This document shows, piece by piece, positions 54,715 to 63,799 of a stretch of 64,000 nucleotides of DNA (position 1 is its first letter; every line of letters begins with the position of its first letter). The notes under the pieces are model-generated. The model made no database searches and was not told where the DNA came from. It saw only the letters and a list, made by a program, of their open reading frames with translations. A program made the translations under genes and the position numbers. Location of the stretch: NCBI GenBank assembly GCA_910585555.1, contig CAJUFU010000001.1, positions 5,895 to 69,894 on the forward strand. Direction: 5' to 3'. Source of the stretch: an uncultured Lachnospiraceae bacterium. GTDB taxonomy: Bacteria > Bacillota > Clostridia > Lachnospirales > Lachnospiraceae.

Positions 54715-56322
54715 ATGTATATTGTATTATTCGGAATATGGCTGGTAACCTATATAGCAGGTGCCATCCCGTATGTGTTATATTTGATGCATATGTTTCA
54801 GCAGGATTCTTATAAACCGCGGGAATATAGAGAATGGATGCAGGTACACACCAATGTGGGAAGGATATTGGGAAAGTGTCTGTATGGGATAATTGCACTG
54901 CCCCTTGTGATGATAGGAAACATAGGATGTCTTATAGCGGCCTGCATCATGAATGCAATGACTATATTGGTCAATAAGCCGCATAAGGCAAAAAAACCTC
55001 TTGTATACACACCGCGTGTCAAGAGAATGTTAGTTACCACGGCCATTCTTTATGGGATTGTGGCGGCAGTTGCTTTATGTTTGGGAATCTGTGTGCCTGT
55101 CCGGGCGTCAGACGGTCAGCTGTGGAAGCAATCGATGCAGTATATGAGCATAGCTTTGCTAGTACTTTTTATCATACAGCCGTTTATGATATTGGCGGCT
55201 AATCTGATCAATCATCCGATAGAGGAAGGTATCAATCGGCATTATATTAATGATGCCGCGCGTATATTAAAGCAGATGCCGGAGCTTAAGATTATCGGCG
55301 TCACAGGAAGCTATGGAAAGACCAGTGTAAAATATTATCTGAATACCCTTTTGTCATCTCAGTATAATGTTCTGCATACGCCGGGAAATTATAATACGAC
55401 GCTTGGCGTGGTACGGACGATTCGTGAAAGTATGAAACCATTTCACGAGATATTTATCTGCGAAATGGGAGCCAGGGAAGTGGGAGATATCAAGGAAATC
55501 TGCGATTTGGTCCATCCTGACTATGGAATCATCACCTCCATCGGGCCACAGCATCTGCAGAGTTTTCATACTATAGAAAACATTATTTCCACAAAGTTTG
55601 AACTGGCCGATGCAGTACCAGAGTCCGGCAAGGTATTTCTAAATTATGATAATGATTATATCAGGAATCATAAGATCAATAAGCCGGTTATAAGCTATGG
55701 CATCAGCGGAGAGGGAGAGGCTTACAGAGCGTACGATATTACCGTTTCGCCAAAGGGCTCTGCCTTTAAGATGAAAGACGGGACAGGAAAGACCTATGAA
55801 TTTCACACAAGGCTGGTGGGCAGCCACAATGTGCAGAATATTGCAGGCGCAATTGCTGTGGCGAATACGCTAGGAATCCCTATGGAGAAGTTGATTTATC
55901 CGGTGAAACAGTTGGAGAGCGTGCCCCACAGATTACAGCTGATCAAGCAGGGAGACAGGATTATTCTGGATGATGCCTATAATTCCAATAAGAGCGGATT
56001 TAAGGCGGCGTTAGATACCCTGGCAATGTTTCAGGAGCTTCGTATTCTGATGACACCGGGTATGGTGGAATTGGGAGATGAGCAGTATGATGAAAACAAA
56101 GAAGTGGGTGTCTATGCGGCTGACAAATGTGATTATGCCGTATTAGTCGGTAGAGAGCAGACGAAACCTATTCAGGACGGCCTTTTAGAAGCGGGCTTTA
56201 CTTCATCCAGAATGATTGTAGTGGATACATTGCAGGAAGGATTCCAGATGGTGTCTGCGATTCCCAATGAAAGGCAGAAAGTTATATTGATTGAGAATGA
56301 TTTGCCGGATAATTATTCCTAA
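54715..56322 (+). CDS. murF: MurF-like Mur ligase with N-terminal TM helices
   Basis: GVTGSYGKTS, EMGA, DDAYNSN and TPGMVELG motifs. Confidence 0.8.
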   Translation: MYIVLFGIWLVTYIAGAIPYVLYLMHMFQQDSYKPREYREWMQVHTNVGRILGKCLYGIIALPLVMIGNIGCLIAACIMNAMTILVNKPHKAKKPLVYTPRVKRMLVTTAILYGIVAAVALCLGICVPVRASDGQLWKQSMQYMSIALLVLFIIQPFMILAANLINHPIEEGINRHYINDAARILKQMPELKIIGVTGSYGKTSVKYYLNTLLSSQYNVLHTPGNYNTTLGVVRTIRESMKPFHEIFICEMGAREVGDIKEICDLVHPDYGIITSIGPQHLQSFHTIENIISTKFELADAVPESGKVFLNYDNDYIRNHKINKPVISYGISGEGEAYRAYDITVSPKGSAFKMKDGTGKTYEFHTRLVGSHNVQNIAGAIAVANTLGIPMEKLIYPVKQLESVPHRLQLIKQGDRIILDDAYNSNKSGFKAALDTLAMFQELRILMTPGMVELGDEQYDENKEVGVYAADKCDYAVLVGREQTKPIQDGLLEAGFTSSRMIVVDTLQEGFQMVSAIPNERQKVILIENDLPDNYS

Positions 56323-56430
56323 AGGCGGCAAAAGAGATGTCAATTAGCTTTTGGCTGCAAGATTTGTGCCTGTGCGCTGTCTGTCACAAATTTGATAAAA
56401 TGTATAATACAGTGCAGAAATGAGGAAAAC

Positions 56431-57612
56431 ATGAAAATTAGAGTGGGCGTATTTTTTGGCGGTAAGAGTGTGGAACATGAGGTGTCGGTGATTTCCGGAC
56501 TGCAGGCGTATAATGCTTTTGACAAAGATAAATATGAACCGATAGCCATCTATATTACAAAAGATAATGAACTCTATACAGGAGAAGCCATCAGTGATAT
56601 TGCCAATTATAGGAATATACCAGAACTGCTGAAAAAAAGCACCCGCGTGTTTTTCATGTGTGAACAGGGGAAGGTGGAACTGGTTCAGTATCCGGCGAAG
56701 AAGTTTGGCAATTCGGTAGTAGCCCAGATGGATGTGGCATTTCCGGTGGTGCATGGTGCGAATGTGGAAGATGGGTGTTTACAGGGGTTCCTGCGACATT
56801 ATAATATTCCGTTTGCGGGCTGTGACGTGATGGCTTCGGCTGTGACGATGGATAAGTATGTGATGAAGACGGTGTTAAAGGATAATGACATACCCGTGCT
56901 TGACTGTGTGACCTTAAATGTCAGGGAATACCAGACCGATGAGACAAAGGCGCTGCATAAAGTGGAGAATAAGATAGCTTATCCGGTTATTGTCAAACCG
57001 GTTAATCTAGGGTCCAGTGTGGGTATCAAAGTGGCAAAAGACCAGGACCAGTTGCGGGAGGCGCTTGAGTATGCCTTTACCTTTGGCGCTAAAGTACTGG
57101 TGGAGCGAGCCATTATGAATCTGCGGGAAATCAACTGTGCTGTGCTGGGAGATTATGAAGAGGCGGAAGCGTCCGAGTGCGAAGAACCTATTTCCAGCGA
57201 TGAAATCTTAAGTTATGAGGATAAATACGTAGCGGGCAGTAAGAGCGGCTCTGCGGGAATGCGTACGGCCAAACGGGAATTGCCGGCTGATCTGACGCCC
57301 GAGAGACGAGAGGAGATCAGACAGTTGGCTGTAAAAACCTTCCAGGTGCTCAATTGTAACGGGGTGTCCCGAATCGATTTTATGATAGATAAAGATATGG
57401 ATAAAGTATATGTCAATGAGATTAACCCCATTCCAGGGTCCCTTGCTTTTTATCTTTGGGAAGCTCTGGGCAAGCCTTATGCGGAGCTGTTGGATGATAT
57501 GGTGAAGCTTGCCCTCAAGAGAGAGCGGGAAGAGAAGAATATGATGACATCTTTCGACAGTAATATTTTGCAGAGCGCCAATCTTTCCGGGACCAAAGGG
57601 ATAAAAAAATAA
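56431..57612 (+). CDS. ddl: D-alanine--D-alanine ligase family protein
   Basis: FGGKSVEHEVS, HG..EDG, GSSVG, RIDF and NEIN.IPG motifs. Confidence 0.9.
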   Translation: MKIRVGVFFGGKSVEHEVSVISGLQAYNAFDKDKYEPIAIYITKDNELYTGEAISDIANYRNIPELLKKSTRVFFMCEQGKVELVQYPAKKFGNSVVAQMDVAFPVVHGANVEDGCLQGFLRHYNIPFAGCDVMASAVTMDKYVMKTVLKDNDIPVLDCVTLNVREYQTDETKALHKVENKIAYPVIVKPVNLGSSVGIKVAKDQDQLREALEYAFTFGAKVLVERAIMNLREINCAVLGDYEEAEASECEEPISSDEILSYEDKYVAGSKSGSAGMRTAKRELPADLTPERREEIRQLAVKTFQVLNCNGVSRIDFMIDKDMDKVYVNEINPIPGSLAFYLWEALGKPYAELLDDMVKLALKREREEKNMMTSFDSNILQSANLSGTKGIKK

Positions 57613-57623
57613 GGGCAGTGGGT

Positions 57624-58001
57624 TTAATCCCAATGCCCAACTTCTTCAATGGTAAGTGTCATACTGCCGCATGACGGACAAGCTGTGCCTGTGATATCTT
57701 CTATTTCGAGAGGCGGCGTCTGCAACTGCTTGTAGCAAACCGGACAGGCTCCCATGAAGACTGCGTCGTCCTCGATGCCTCTCAGGACAGGTATACACAC
57801 CAGATGATTGCAAGAATCACAGACCGCAATCTGATATCTGAAATCGTAAAGCGGAATCGGACTTGACTCGCACCAGTCCAGAATCTGCATCTGTTCCTTC
57901 GCCCCGAAAGCGGCGATGACATTTCCTATCCTGCCATGCTTTAGTCCGCAGCCAGTCAAACATTCCTGTTCCTTCTGACAGGTATGGCAGTGTATTTTCA
58001 T
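57624..58001 (-). CDS. multi-CxxC zinc-ribbon-like protein
   Basis: CHTC, CDSC, CPVC and CPSC; 38 nt downstream of the flagellin stop. Confidence 0.75.
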   Translation of the reverse strand: MKIHCHTCQKEQECLTGCGLKHGRIGNVIAAFGAKEQMQILDWCESSPIPLYDFRYQIAVCDSCNHLVCIPVLRGIEDDAVFMGACPVCYKQLQTPPLEIEDITGTACPSCGSMTLTIEEVGHWD

Positions 58002-58039
58002 AATCTCACCCATTCGGGGCAACTCCTCTCAATCCGCTA

Positions 58040-59911
58040 TCAGCCCAAGAGACTCAATAGCATCTGTGAATGCTGATTTGCCTGTGCAAGCATGGACGCA
58101 CCCGCCTGCATCAATATCTGGTTGTTGGAATATTCTACCATTTCTTTGGCAATATCCGCATCCCGGATGCGTGATTCGGCGGCGGTGGTATTCTCTGTGA
58201 TGTTATTCAGGTTATTGATTGTATGTTCCAGGCGGTTCTGAATGGCGCCATAGTAGCTTCGCACGTTGCTCACACAGCCAATCGCATACTTAAGCTGGTC
58301 GATGGCAAGATCGGCGTCATCTGTGGTTCTTACATTCATATCTTCCAAGCCCAGAGCCTGTGCGTTCATTTGATACAAATCAAATTCTATATGCTGTCCG
58401 GCTTCGGCGCCTACCTGCAGCCCGATGGCGGAAGGCCCGCTCAAATCAACGCTGACCTGGAAGGGGTCAATCTGGAAAGGCTGGTTAAAGATGGCATTGG
58501 TGCCAAGCAGCGAGGAGCCGCCCACACCCAGGCCGTTGGCCTTGCCTGTAATGATGGAACCGGCACCGTCCTTGGACGCATAAGATAATCTGCGGACGAA
58601 TTCCGTAAGGGAAGCGTCGCCGGTCTTAAACATATTATTTAACTGCGCCGTGCTGATGCCGGCATTGTCTTGTATGGCATTTTCCAGGCTCTTGCCGTTT
58701 AGAAGGTCTGTAAAGATTTTGTTCATACCTGTGGCAATGTTTGTGTCCGTCACAGCGCCGGCGCCGCCTGCAAGATAGCCGATATAGGCGGCTCCCAGGT
58801 ATCCGTGGCCGTAGGGTCTGCCGTTCATGGTAAACTTTTTCAGGTAGCTGGCAATATTGGCATCCTGGCTGGTATCATCCGCGTTAGCCAGATAATTTGC
58901 ATAATATGTGAGGGTATCATTCCATCCGGTGGCGAAGCCGCCGCCGGCTAACTGTGCAGTTCCTTCTGTGAACCAGGTGGGATATTTCTCGCCTTTGCGG
59001 CCGCTCATACCGTCTGTGAGGGTATACTGCATGACAGAGTGCATCAGCTCATGGGCGATGGTTGACTTCAAAGCCTCGGCTCTTTCACCGGTGCCTTGTG
59101 CATCAGCGGTAGTAAAGTCCGCGGCATCTACCCGGATGCCCATACCATAGGGCCTGCCGCCGCCGTAACTGTATCGGAAGGAAGCGTAGGCCAGTGTGTG
59201 GTTCTTTCCGTCAATATAGGACACATCCAATGACATCTTGATTGTGTCGGTGCCGATATTGTTTTTCAGAGGTCCAAAAGTATCCAAAATCTGCTGTACT
59301 GCATTGGGGACCAGTTCGTTGGCGATGGTATCCGCCAGGACATTGCCGCTGGAGACATCAAAATTGGCACGGGCTGCGCCGCCTGCACCGGGTGCAGCCG
59401 CTCCGTTTACCAGCACGGAACCGTCCTTTAAGTTATAAGTGATGTCGTAGGACTTGGTCTCCATAAATCCCGTAGCCAGGGGAGAAAGTCCGTTTTCAGG
59501 GAAAAGACTGATCTCATTGAAGGTGGTGTTTTTCGATGTCCGGTCAATCTCAGCCTTGAGCTGCTGGATTTCCAGATCGATCAAGGCGCGGTCGGCATCC
59601 TGCAAGGTGCCGGTAGCAGCTTTTACAGCCAGTTCGTTGGCGCGGTGCAGCATGTCATGCACCTCGTTTAGTGCACCTTCACCAATCTGCACCATGGAGA
59701 CGCCGTCCTGCGCGTTTAATGCAGCCTGCGTAAGGCCCCGCACTTGTCGGCGCATTTTCTCGGAGATAGATAAACCGGCCGCATCATCAGCAGCTCTGTT
59801 GATGCGGTAACCGGAAGATAATCGTTCTGTATTTTTGGCGTTTTTCTTGGTTACAAGGCCAAGTTGTCGATTGGCATTTAGCGCCAACATATTTGTTTTT
59901 ACTGAAAGCAT
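58040..59911 (-). CDS. flagellin with a central HExxH metallopeptidase domain (flagellinolysin-type)
   Basis: Flagellin N-terminus (ERLSSGYRIN.AADDAAGL) and C-terminus (GAIQNRLEH, SRIRDAD.A.E); middle IAHELMH...WFTEG. Confidence 0.93.
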   Translation of the reverse strand: MLSVKTNMLALNANRQLGLVTKKNAKNTERLSSGYRINRAADDAAGLSISEKMRRQVRGLTQAALNAQDGVSMVQIGEGALNEVHDMLHRANELAVKAATGTLQDADRALIDLEIQQLKAEIDRTSKNTTFNEISLFPENGLSPLATGFMETKSYDITYNLKDGSVLVNGAAAPGAGGAARANFDVSSGNVLADTIANELVPNAVQQILDTFGPLKNNIGTDTIKMSLDVSYIDGKNHTLAYASFRYSYGGGRPYGMGIRVDAADFTTADAQGTGERAEALKSTIAHELMHSVMQYTLTDGMSGRKGEKYPTWFTEGTAQLAGGGFATGWNDTLTYYANYLANADDTSQDANIASYLKKFTMNGRPYGHGYLGAAYIGYLAGGAGAVTDTNIATGMNKIFTDLLNGKSLENAIQDNAGISTAQLNNMFKTGDASLTEFVRRLSYASKDGAGSIITGKANGLGVGGSSLLGTNAIFNQPFQIDPFQVSVDLSGPSAIGLQVGAEAGQHIEFDLYQMNAQALGLEDMNVRTTDDADLAIDQLKYAIGCVSNVRSYYGAIQNRLEHTINNLNNITENTTAAESRIRDADIAKEMVEYSNNQILMQAGASMLAQANQHSQMLLSLLG

Positions 59912-59941
59912 CCTGCCCTCCTATATCCTGCATCCGTGCAG
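59912..59941 (-). promoter_or_regulatory. CsrA-type binding sites in the flagellin leader
   Basis: Minus strand UGCA-CGGA-UGCA hairpin plus further GGA motifs overlapping the RBS. Confidence 0.6.
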
Positions 59942-60054
59942 TCATTTGACACTATGACCGATTCCCATGGGCGACGAAAAACTTGAAAAAATATTAAATA
60001 TATATATCAAATTATATTACTTATAAATGAGACAAATATATAGATACACCTCAT

Positions 60055-60082
60055 ATATCGGCAAAAAGCCGTATTTTCTTTA
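60055..60082 (-). promoter_or_regulatory. sigma28 (SigD/FliA) promoter
   Basis: TAAA-16 nt-GCCGATAT on the minus strand. Confidence 0.85.
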
Positions 60083-60152
60083 GTGGCAAAGGTGAAAATG
60101 CGCTTTTTCTATCGGATAATCTGTTATAGAATGATTTTGCGATGTGTTATAT

Positions 60153-60183
60153 AGTATAGCATTTTTTCAGGGGGGGGGGTCAA
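60153..60183 (-). promoter_or_regulatory. sigmaA-like promoter with a C10 tract in the -35/spacer
   Basis: TTGA-C10-TGAAAAAATGC-TATACT; spacer 19 nt. Confidence 0.6.
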
Positions 60184-60189
60184 TAGATA

Positions 60190-60227
60190 AGAAGAGCACC
60201 GGCCAAAATATTTGGCGGTGCTCTTCT
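60190..60227 (-). terminator. terminator of the secreted-protein gene
   Basis: AGAAGAGCACC..GCCAAA/TTTGGC..GGTGCTCTTCT stem. Confidence 0.75.
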
Positions 60228-60277
60228 CTAACCACACTCTCAGTTGTTTGATATTGTCATTTTTAATTATGGAAAAA

Positions 60278-60982
60278 TTACTGTACCTGAACGAAAGCAA
60301 GTACGCCATAGTTGGTGATATCAACTACTACGTGGTCTGCTCTGATTTCTTTTACAGCAACAGGTGCCCACTGACCCTGGGTGTACTGTAATACCTGAAT
60401 GTTCTCTGTGCCAGTGATACCAGGCATATAGAAGTTAACGGAAGCTGTCTCGAAAGATACAGCGCCATCAACAGCTACAACGTTCAGAACGGAGCCGCCT
60501 AAAGCGTTAGCCTGAGCCTTGGCAGAAGTAACATGTGCAAGAACCGGTTTTGAGATGGTGAAGGACTGGTTGCTGGGTACACCATTGATGATTACGCCGC
60601 CGCCCTGTGCAACAGGTGTTACATCCTCTAAACCAGGCATCTCGGTAACTGCGTTATTGCAGAACTCACCTACGCTCTTGCCTGCTTCTGTTGCAGCGCT
60701 CAGAGTTGCCATGGAAATGCCCATTTCCTCTGCAGCGAGTGCGTTAGCCTGACTCTCTACGTTAGCTGCTGCAACGGCTGCTTCATACTGAGCCTTCTCA
60801 GCTGCAGCCTTAGCTTCTTCAGGAGAAAGTTTCTCTTTTTTGGATGAAGAGCTTGAGGATGAGTTATCGCTGACACTGCTGGAGCAGGAGCTAGAGCTGC
60901 TGTCTTCAGCGGATGCAACGATTGCCATGGAGAACATTAAAGTTCCGGCTAATAATAATGCAAGAGATTTTTTCAATTTCAT
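60278..60982 (-). CDS. secreted protein with Ser-rich linker and beta-rich C-terminal domain
   Basis: Signal peptide MKLKKSLALLL..ASA; likely start at 60982 after AGAAGGA. Confidence 0.85.
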   Translation of the reverse strand: MKLKKSLALLLAGTLMFSMAIVASAEDSSSSSCSSSVSDNSSSSSSSKKEKLSPEEAKAAAEKAQYEAAVAAANVESQANALAAEEMGISMATLSAATEAGKSVGEFCNNAVTEMPGLEDVTPVAQGGGVIINGVPSNQSFTISKPVLAHVTSAKAQANALGGSVLNVVAVDGAVSFETASVNFYMPGITGTENIQVLQYTQGQWAPVAVKEIRADHVVVDITNYGVLAFVQVQ

Positions 60983-61034
60983 TGGATTTTTCTTCCTTCT
61001 GTCGAGTGTGTAATTTAAACATAGCATTTTTGCC

Positions 61035-61045
61035 GGGGGGGGGGG
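61035..61045. repeat. G11 homopolymer upstream of the secreted-protein gene
   Basis: 11 consecutive G inside an imperfect inverted repeat (61018-61082). Confidence 0.8.
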
Positions 61046-61109
61046 ATTTGATTTATAGTATTCTGGAAAAGATGCTATTGTTTTTAGCAAAAGGAGGTTT
61101 GCAGGCTAT

Positions 61110-61907
61110 TTATACATGCGGATTTTTACTTATGTAGTTCCGATATTCATTGGCGGACATACCTTCCAGTCTCTTAAATACTCTGGAAAAATGAGCCAGA
61201 TCCTGAAATCCCACCATTTCCGCCACGTCGCATATACGGAGCGAGGGGTCTTTTAACAGCTCGCGGGCTTTCTCCATGCGGGCGCTGTTCAAAAGATCGG
61301 AAAAGGTTTTGCCGGTATGCTTGTTGAGCAGCTTGGACAGATGCCATTGACTGACATAGACCTGGTCGGCTACATCCGTCAAACGCAGTTTTTCCTGGGA
61401 GTTTTCCCGGATATATTCCAGAGCGTTTTTCACGATAAAGCTGTTGGCCTCGGTGCCGCCTGATACTTCTTCATCGCTCTCCTCCTCTTCTGTATCTGAT
61501 GGAAGAGGAGCGGATGGAAAGCGTTCCTCAGACTGTGCTAGCCGTCTGGTCACTTCCTCCATCGCCTCTTCCAGTTCATTCATCTTGGAGGGCTTTAACA
61601 GAAAGCGGGCTACGCCCAGGGAAATTGCTTCCCGGGCATATTCAAATTCCCGGTATCCGGTCAGGATGATGAGCTGCATATGGGGGAATTCGGATTTTAG
61701 AGCAGCAATCATCTTAAGACCGTCCAGTTTTGGCATGTTAATGTCCGATATGATAATATGGGGCCGCTCTTTGCGGATTATGTCCATACCTTCTTTGCCG
61801 TTGTAAGCAGAACCTGCCACCTGGCAATTCCATTTTTCCCAGGACATCGTCCTGCTCAGTCCTTCTACAATCAAAGGTTCATCATCAATAATAACTACTT
61901 TGTACAT
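61110..61907 (-). CDS. two-component response regulator with AraC HTH (YesN-like)
   Basis: IIDDE, SDINMP.LDG and LLKP motifs; VAEMVGF...FSRVFK. Confidence 0.93.
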   Translation of the reverse strand: MYKVVIIDDEPLIVEGLSRTMSWEKWNCQVAGSAYNGKEGMDIIRKERPHIIISDINMPKLDGLKMIAALKSEFPHMQLIILTGYREFEYAREAISLGVARFLLKPSKMNELEEAMEEVTRRLAQSEERFPSAPLPSDTEEEESDEEVSGGTEANSFIVKNALEYIRENSQEKLRLTDVADQVYVSQWHLSKLLNKHTGKTFSDLLNSARMEKARELLKDPSLRICDVAEMVGFQDLAHFSRVFKRLEGMSANEYRNYISKNPHV

Positions 61908-61931
61908 TTTCTATCCCTCACATAGCGGTGC

Positions 61932-62792
61932 TCAGCCTTTTACCGCACCGGCTGTCATACCCTTAATAATATACTTCTGCAGGAAACAATATACAATGAT
62001 AACAGGAACAATTACCAATGTCACTGCCGCCGCCATCAGACCGTAGTTAGTACCTTCTTTGGCAGTCAGCTGATTTAACAGCGTGGTGATGCCGTACATG
62101 TCAGGTCTCTTTAAGAAAAACATCTGGGTGAACAAGTCGTTATAGCTCCATAAGAAAGAGAAGATGGCTACCGTGGCAAAGGAGGGCTTTGTAAGCGGTA
62201 AAACGACTTTAAAATATATCTGGAACGCATTGCATCCTTCCATATAGGCGGCTTCTTCCAGCTCGATGGGAAGTCCTTTGATGTAACCGATCAGCACCAC
62301 CATAGCGAAAGAGAGGTTGCCTGCCACCTGGGGTAAGATCACGGAGAACATGGTTCTAATCCAGCTGCCGGTGTTGGCGATGCCCCAGGAAAATTCCATG
62401 GCAAATACCGGAACGATGGTGGCAAATACCGGGAACATCATCCCTGCGATGACCATAGAATGTAGAAACTCCGAACCCTTAAACTGGTATCTGGAAAGGG
62501 CGTATGCCGCCATGCCTGCAAGAAGTATGACTAAAAGGGCAACCATGGTGGAGATGAAGATGCTGTTCTTGTAGGCGTTTACGATATTCAGATTGCCAAA
62601 GGCCTTCCTGTAGTTTGCCAAGGTGAACAGTTCTCCTAAGGGCAGGGAAAAGGAGTCTGCAAGAATCATATTCTTTGCCTTAAAGGAGTTTTGGACTACC
62701 CAGATGATGGGGTATATGGTGGTGATAGACCAGAGAATCAAAAGCAGATAGACAACGCCCTGGCCGATGGAAAAAGTTCTTTTTTTCGTCAT
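61932..62792 (-). CDS. carbohydrate ABC transporter permease
   Basis: ELEEAAYMEG EAA loop; IIKGMTAGAVKG end. Confidence 0.93.
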   Translation of the reverse strand: MTKKRTFSIGQGVVYLLLILWSITTIYPIIWVVQNSFKAKNMILADSFSLPLGELFTLANYRKAFGNLNIVNAYKNSIFISTMVALLVILLAGMAAYALSRYQFKGSEFLHSMVIAGMMFPVFATIVPVFAMEFSWGIANTGSWIRTMFSVILPQVAGNLSFAMVVLIGYIKGLPIELEEAAYMEGCNAFQIYFKVVLPLTKPSFATVAIFSFLWSYNDLFTQMFFLKRPDMYGITTLLNQLTAKEGTNYGLMAAAVTLVIVPVIIVYCFLQKYIIKGMTAGAVKG

Positions 62793-62807
62793 ATCTATGG
62801 CCCTCCT

Positions 62808-63695
62808 TTAATAATCTTTCTCGCGGAAGATGGCATTTACGATTTTGGATAAAACAATGCCCAGTACCACAATCAGTACCGCCAGCGCACATCCATAATC
62901 TACATTTTTGGTTTCCATGGTATGATAGTACATATAAGTGCCTGTTAAGAAGGTGGATTTAAGCGGCATACCCTTGGGGAACATGGTCCAGGGGAGGTCG
63001 AATACCTTCAGTGCGCCTGTAACGGCCAGAACGCTGCAGGTACAGATGACATTGTGTAAAAGCGGAAGAGAGATGTAGCGTACACACTGCAGGGTAGATG
63101 CGCCGTCAATCCGCGCCGCCTCGTACAGTTCGTCGGAGATATTGTTTAGGCCTGTGATGAGGATGACGAAGTAGAATCCCACATACTGCCACATAACAGG
63201 AAGCATCATGGTAAACAGGGCTATGCCTTCCGCTTTCCAGTCGGTCAGCTGACTTTTGCCAAGTGCTTCCAAAAGCTGGTTGACCATGCCTTTGTCATAC
63301 AAGAACAGCAGGTTGAACAGTAAGCCCAAGGCGGTTGCCGAGATGACGATGGGGAAGAAGAATACGGTCTTAAAGAACTGTCTGCATCTGCCGATGTTAT
63401 CCACCATAAGCGCCAACAGGATGGCGATGCCGACCTGTCCGATCAGTGTGACAACCATCATAATCAGCGTGTTTTTGATGGACGTCCATACATTTTCGTC
63501 TTGAATCATCTCTGCATAGTTAGTATACCAAGGGGTATTAAAAGCGGTTGCAGAACTTCCCAGCTGTTTAATATGCATAAAGCTGTTCATGATATTTTTC
63601 AAAAAAGGATAGTAAAGAAACAGAGTCATGAACAGGAAGGCCGGCACCAGAAAGATGATTACCGGTTTTTTGTTACGATATATGTTTGCTCCCAT
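62808..63695 (-). CDS. carbohydrate ABC transporter permease
   Basis: LYEAARIDGA EAA loop; KVFD. Confidence 0.93.
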   Translation of the reverse strand: MGANIYRNKKPVIIFLVPAFLFMTLFLYYPFLKNIMNSFMHIKQLGSSATAFNTPWYTNYAEMIQDENVWTSIKNTLIMMVVTLIGQVGIAILLALMVDNIGRCRQFFKTVFFFPIVISATALGLLFNLLFLYDKGMVNQLLEALGKSQLTDWKAEGIALFTMMLPVMWQYVGFYFVILITGLNNISDELYEAARIDGASTLQCVRYISLPLLHNVICTCSVLAVTGALKVFDLPWTMFPKGMPLKSTFLTGTYMYYHTMETKNVDYGCALAVLIVVLGIVLSKIVNAIFREKDY

Positions 63696-63799
63696 AAGAC
63701 ACCTCCATCGTTTGGTACGAAAATTTGGTAAAAAGGAGGCAGGGTATTCCCCTGCCCCTATACATGTGCGCCTTGCGGTGCACGTTCGCGTGATTTCTC

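Noticed and set aside
53839..57612. Vancomycin-resistance (van) cluster
   Set aside because: No vanH, vanX, vanT or vanRS; the Ddl omega loop retains Tyr
60983..61090. Poly-C tract as an in-frame translational phase switch
   Set aside because: The signal peptide and RBS point to a start at 60982, downstream of the tract, so the tract is non-coding
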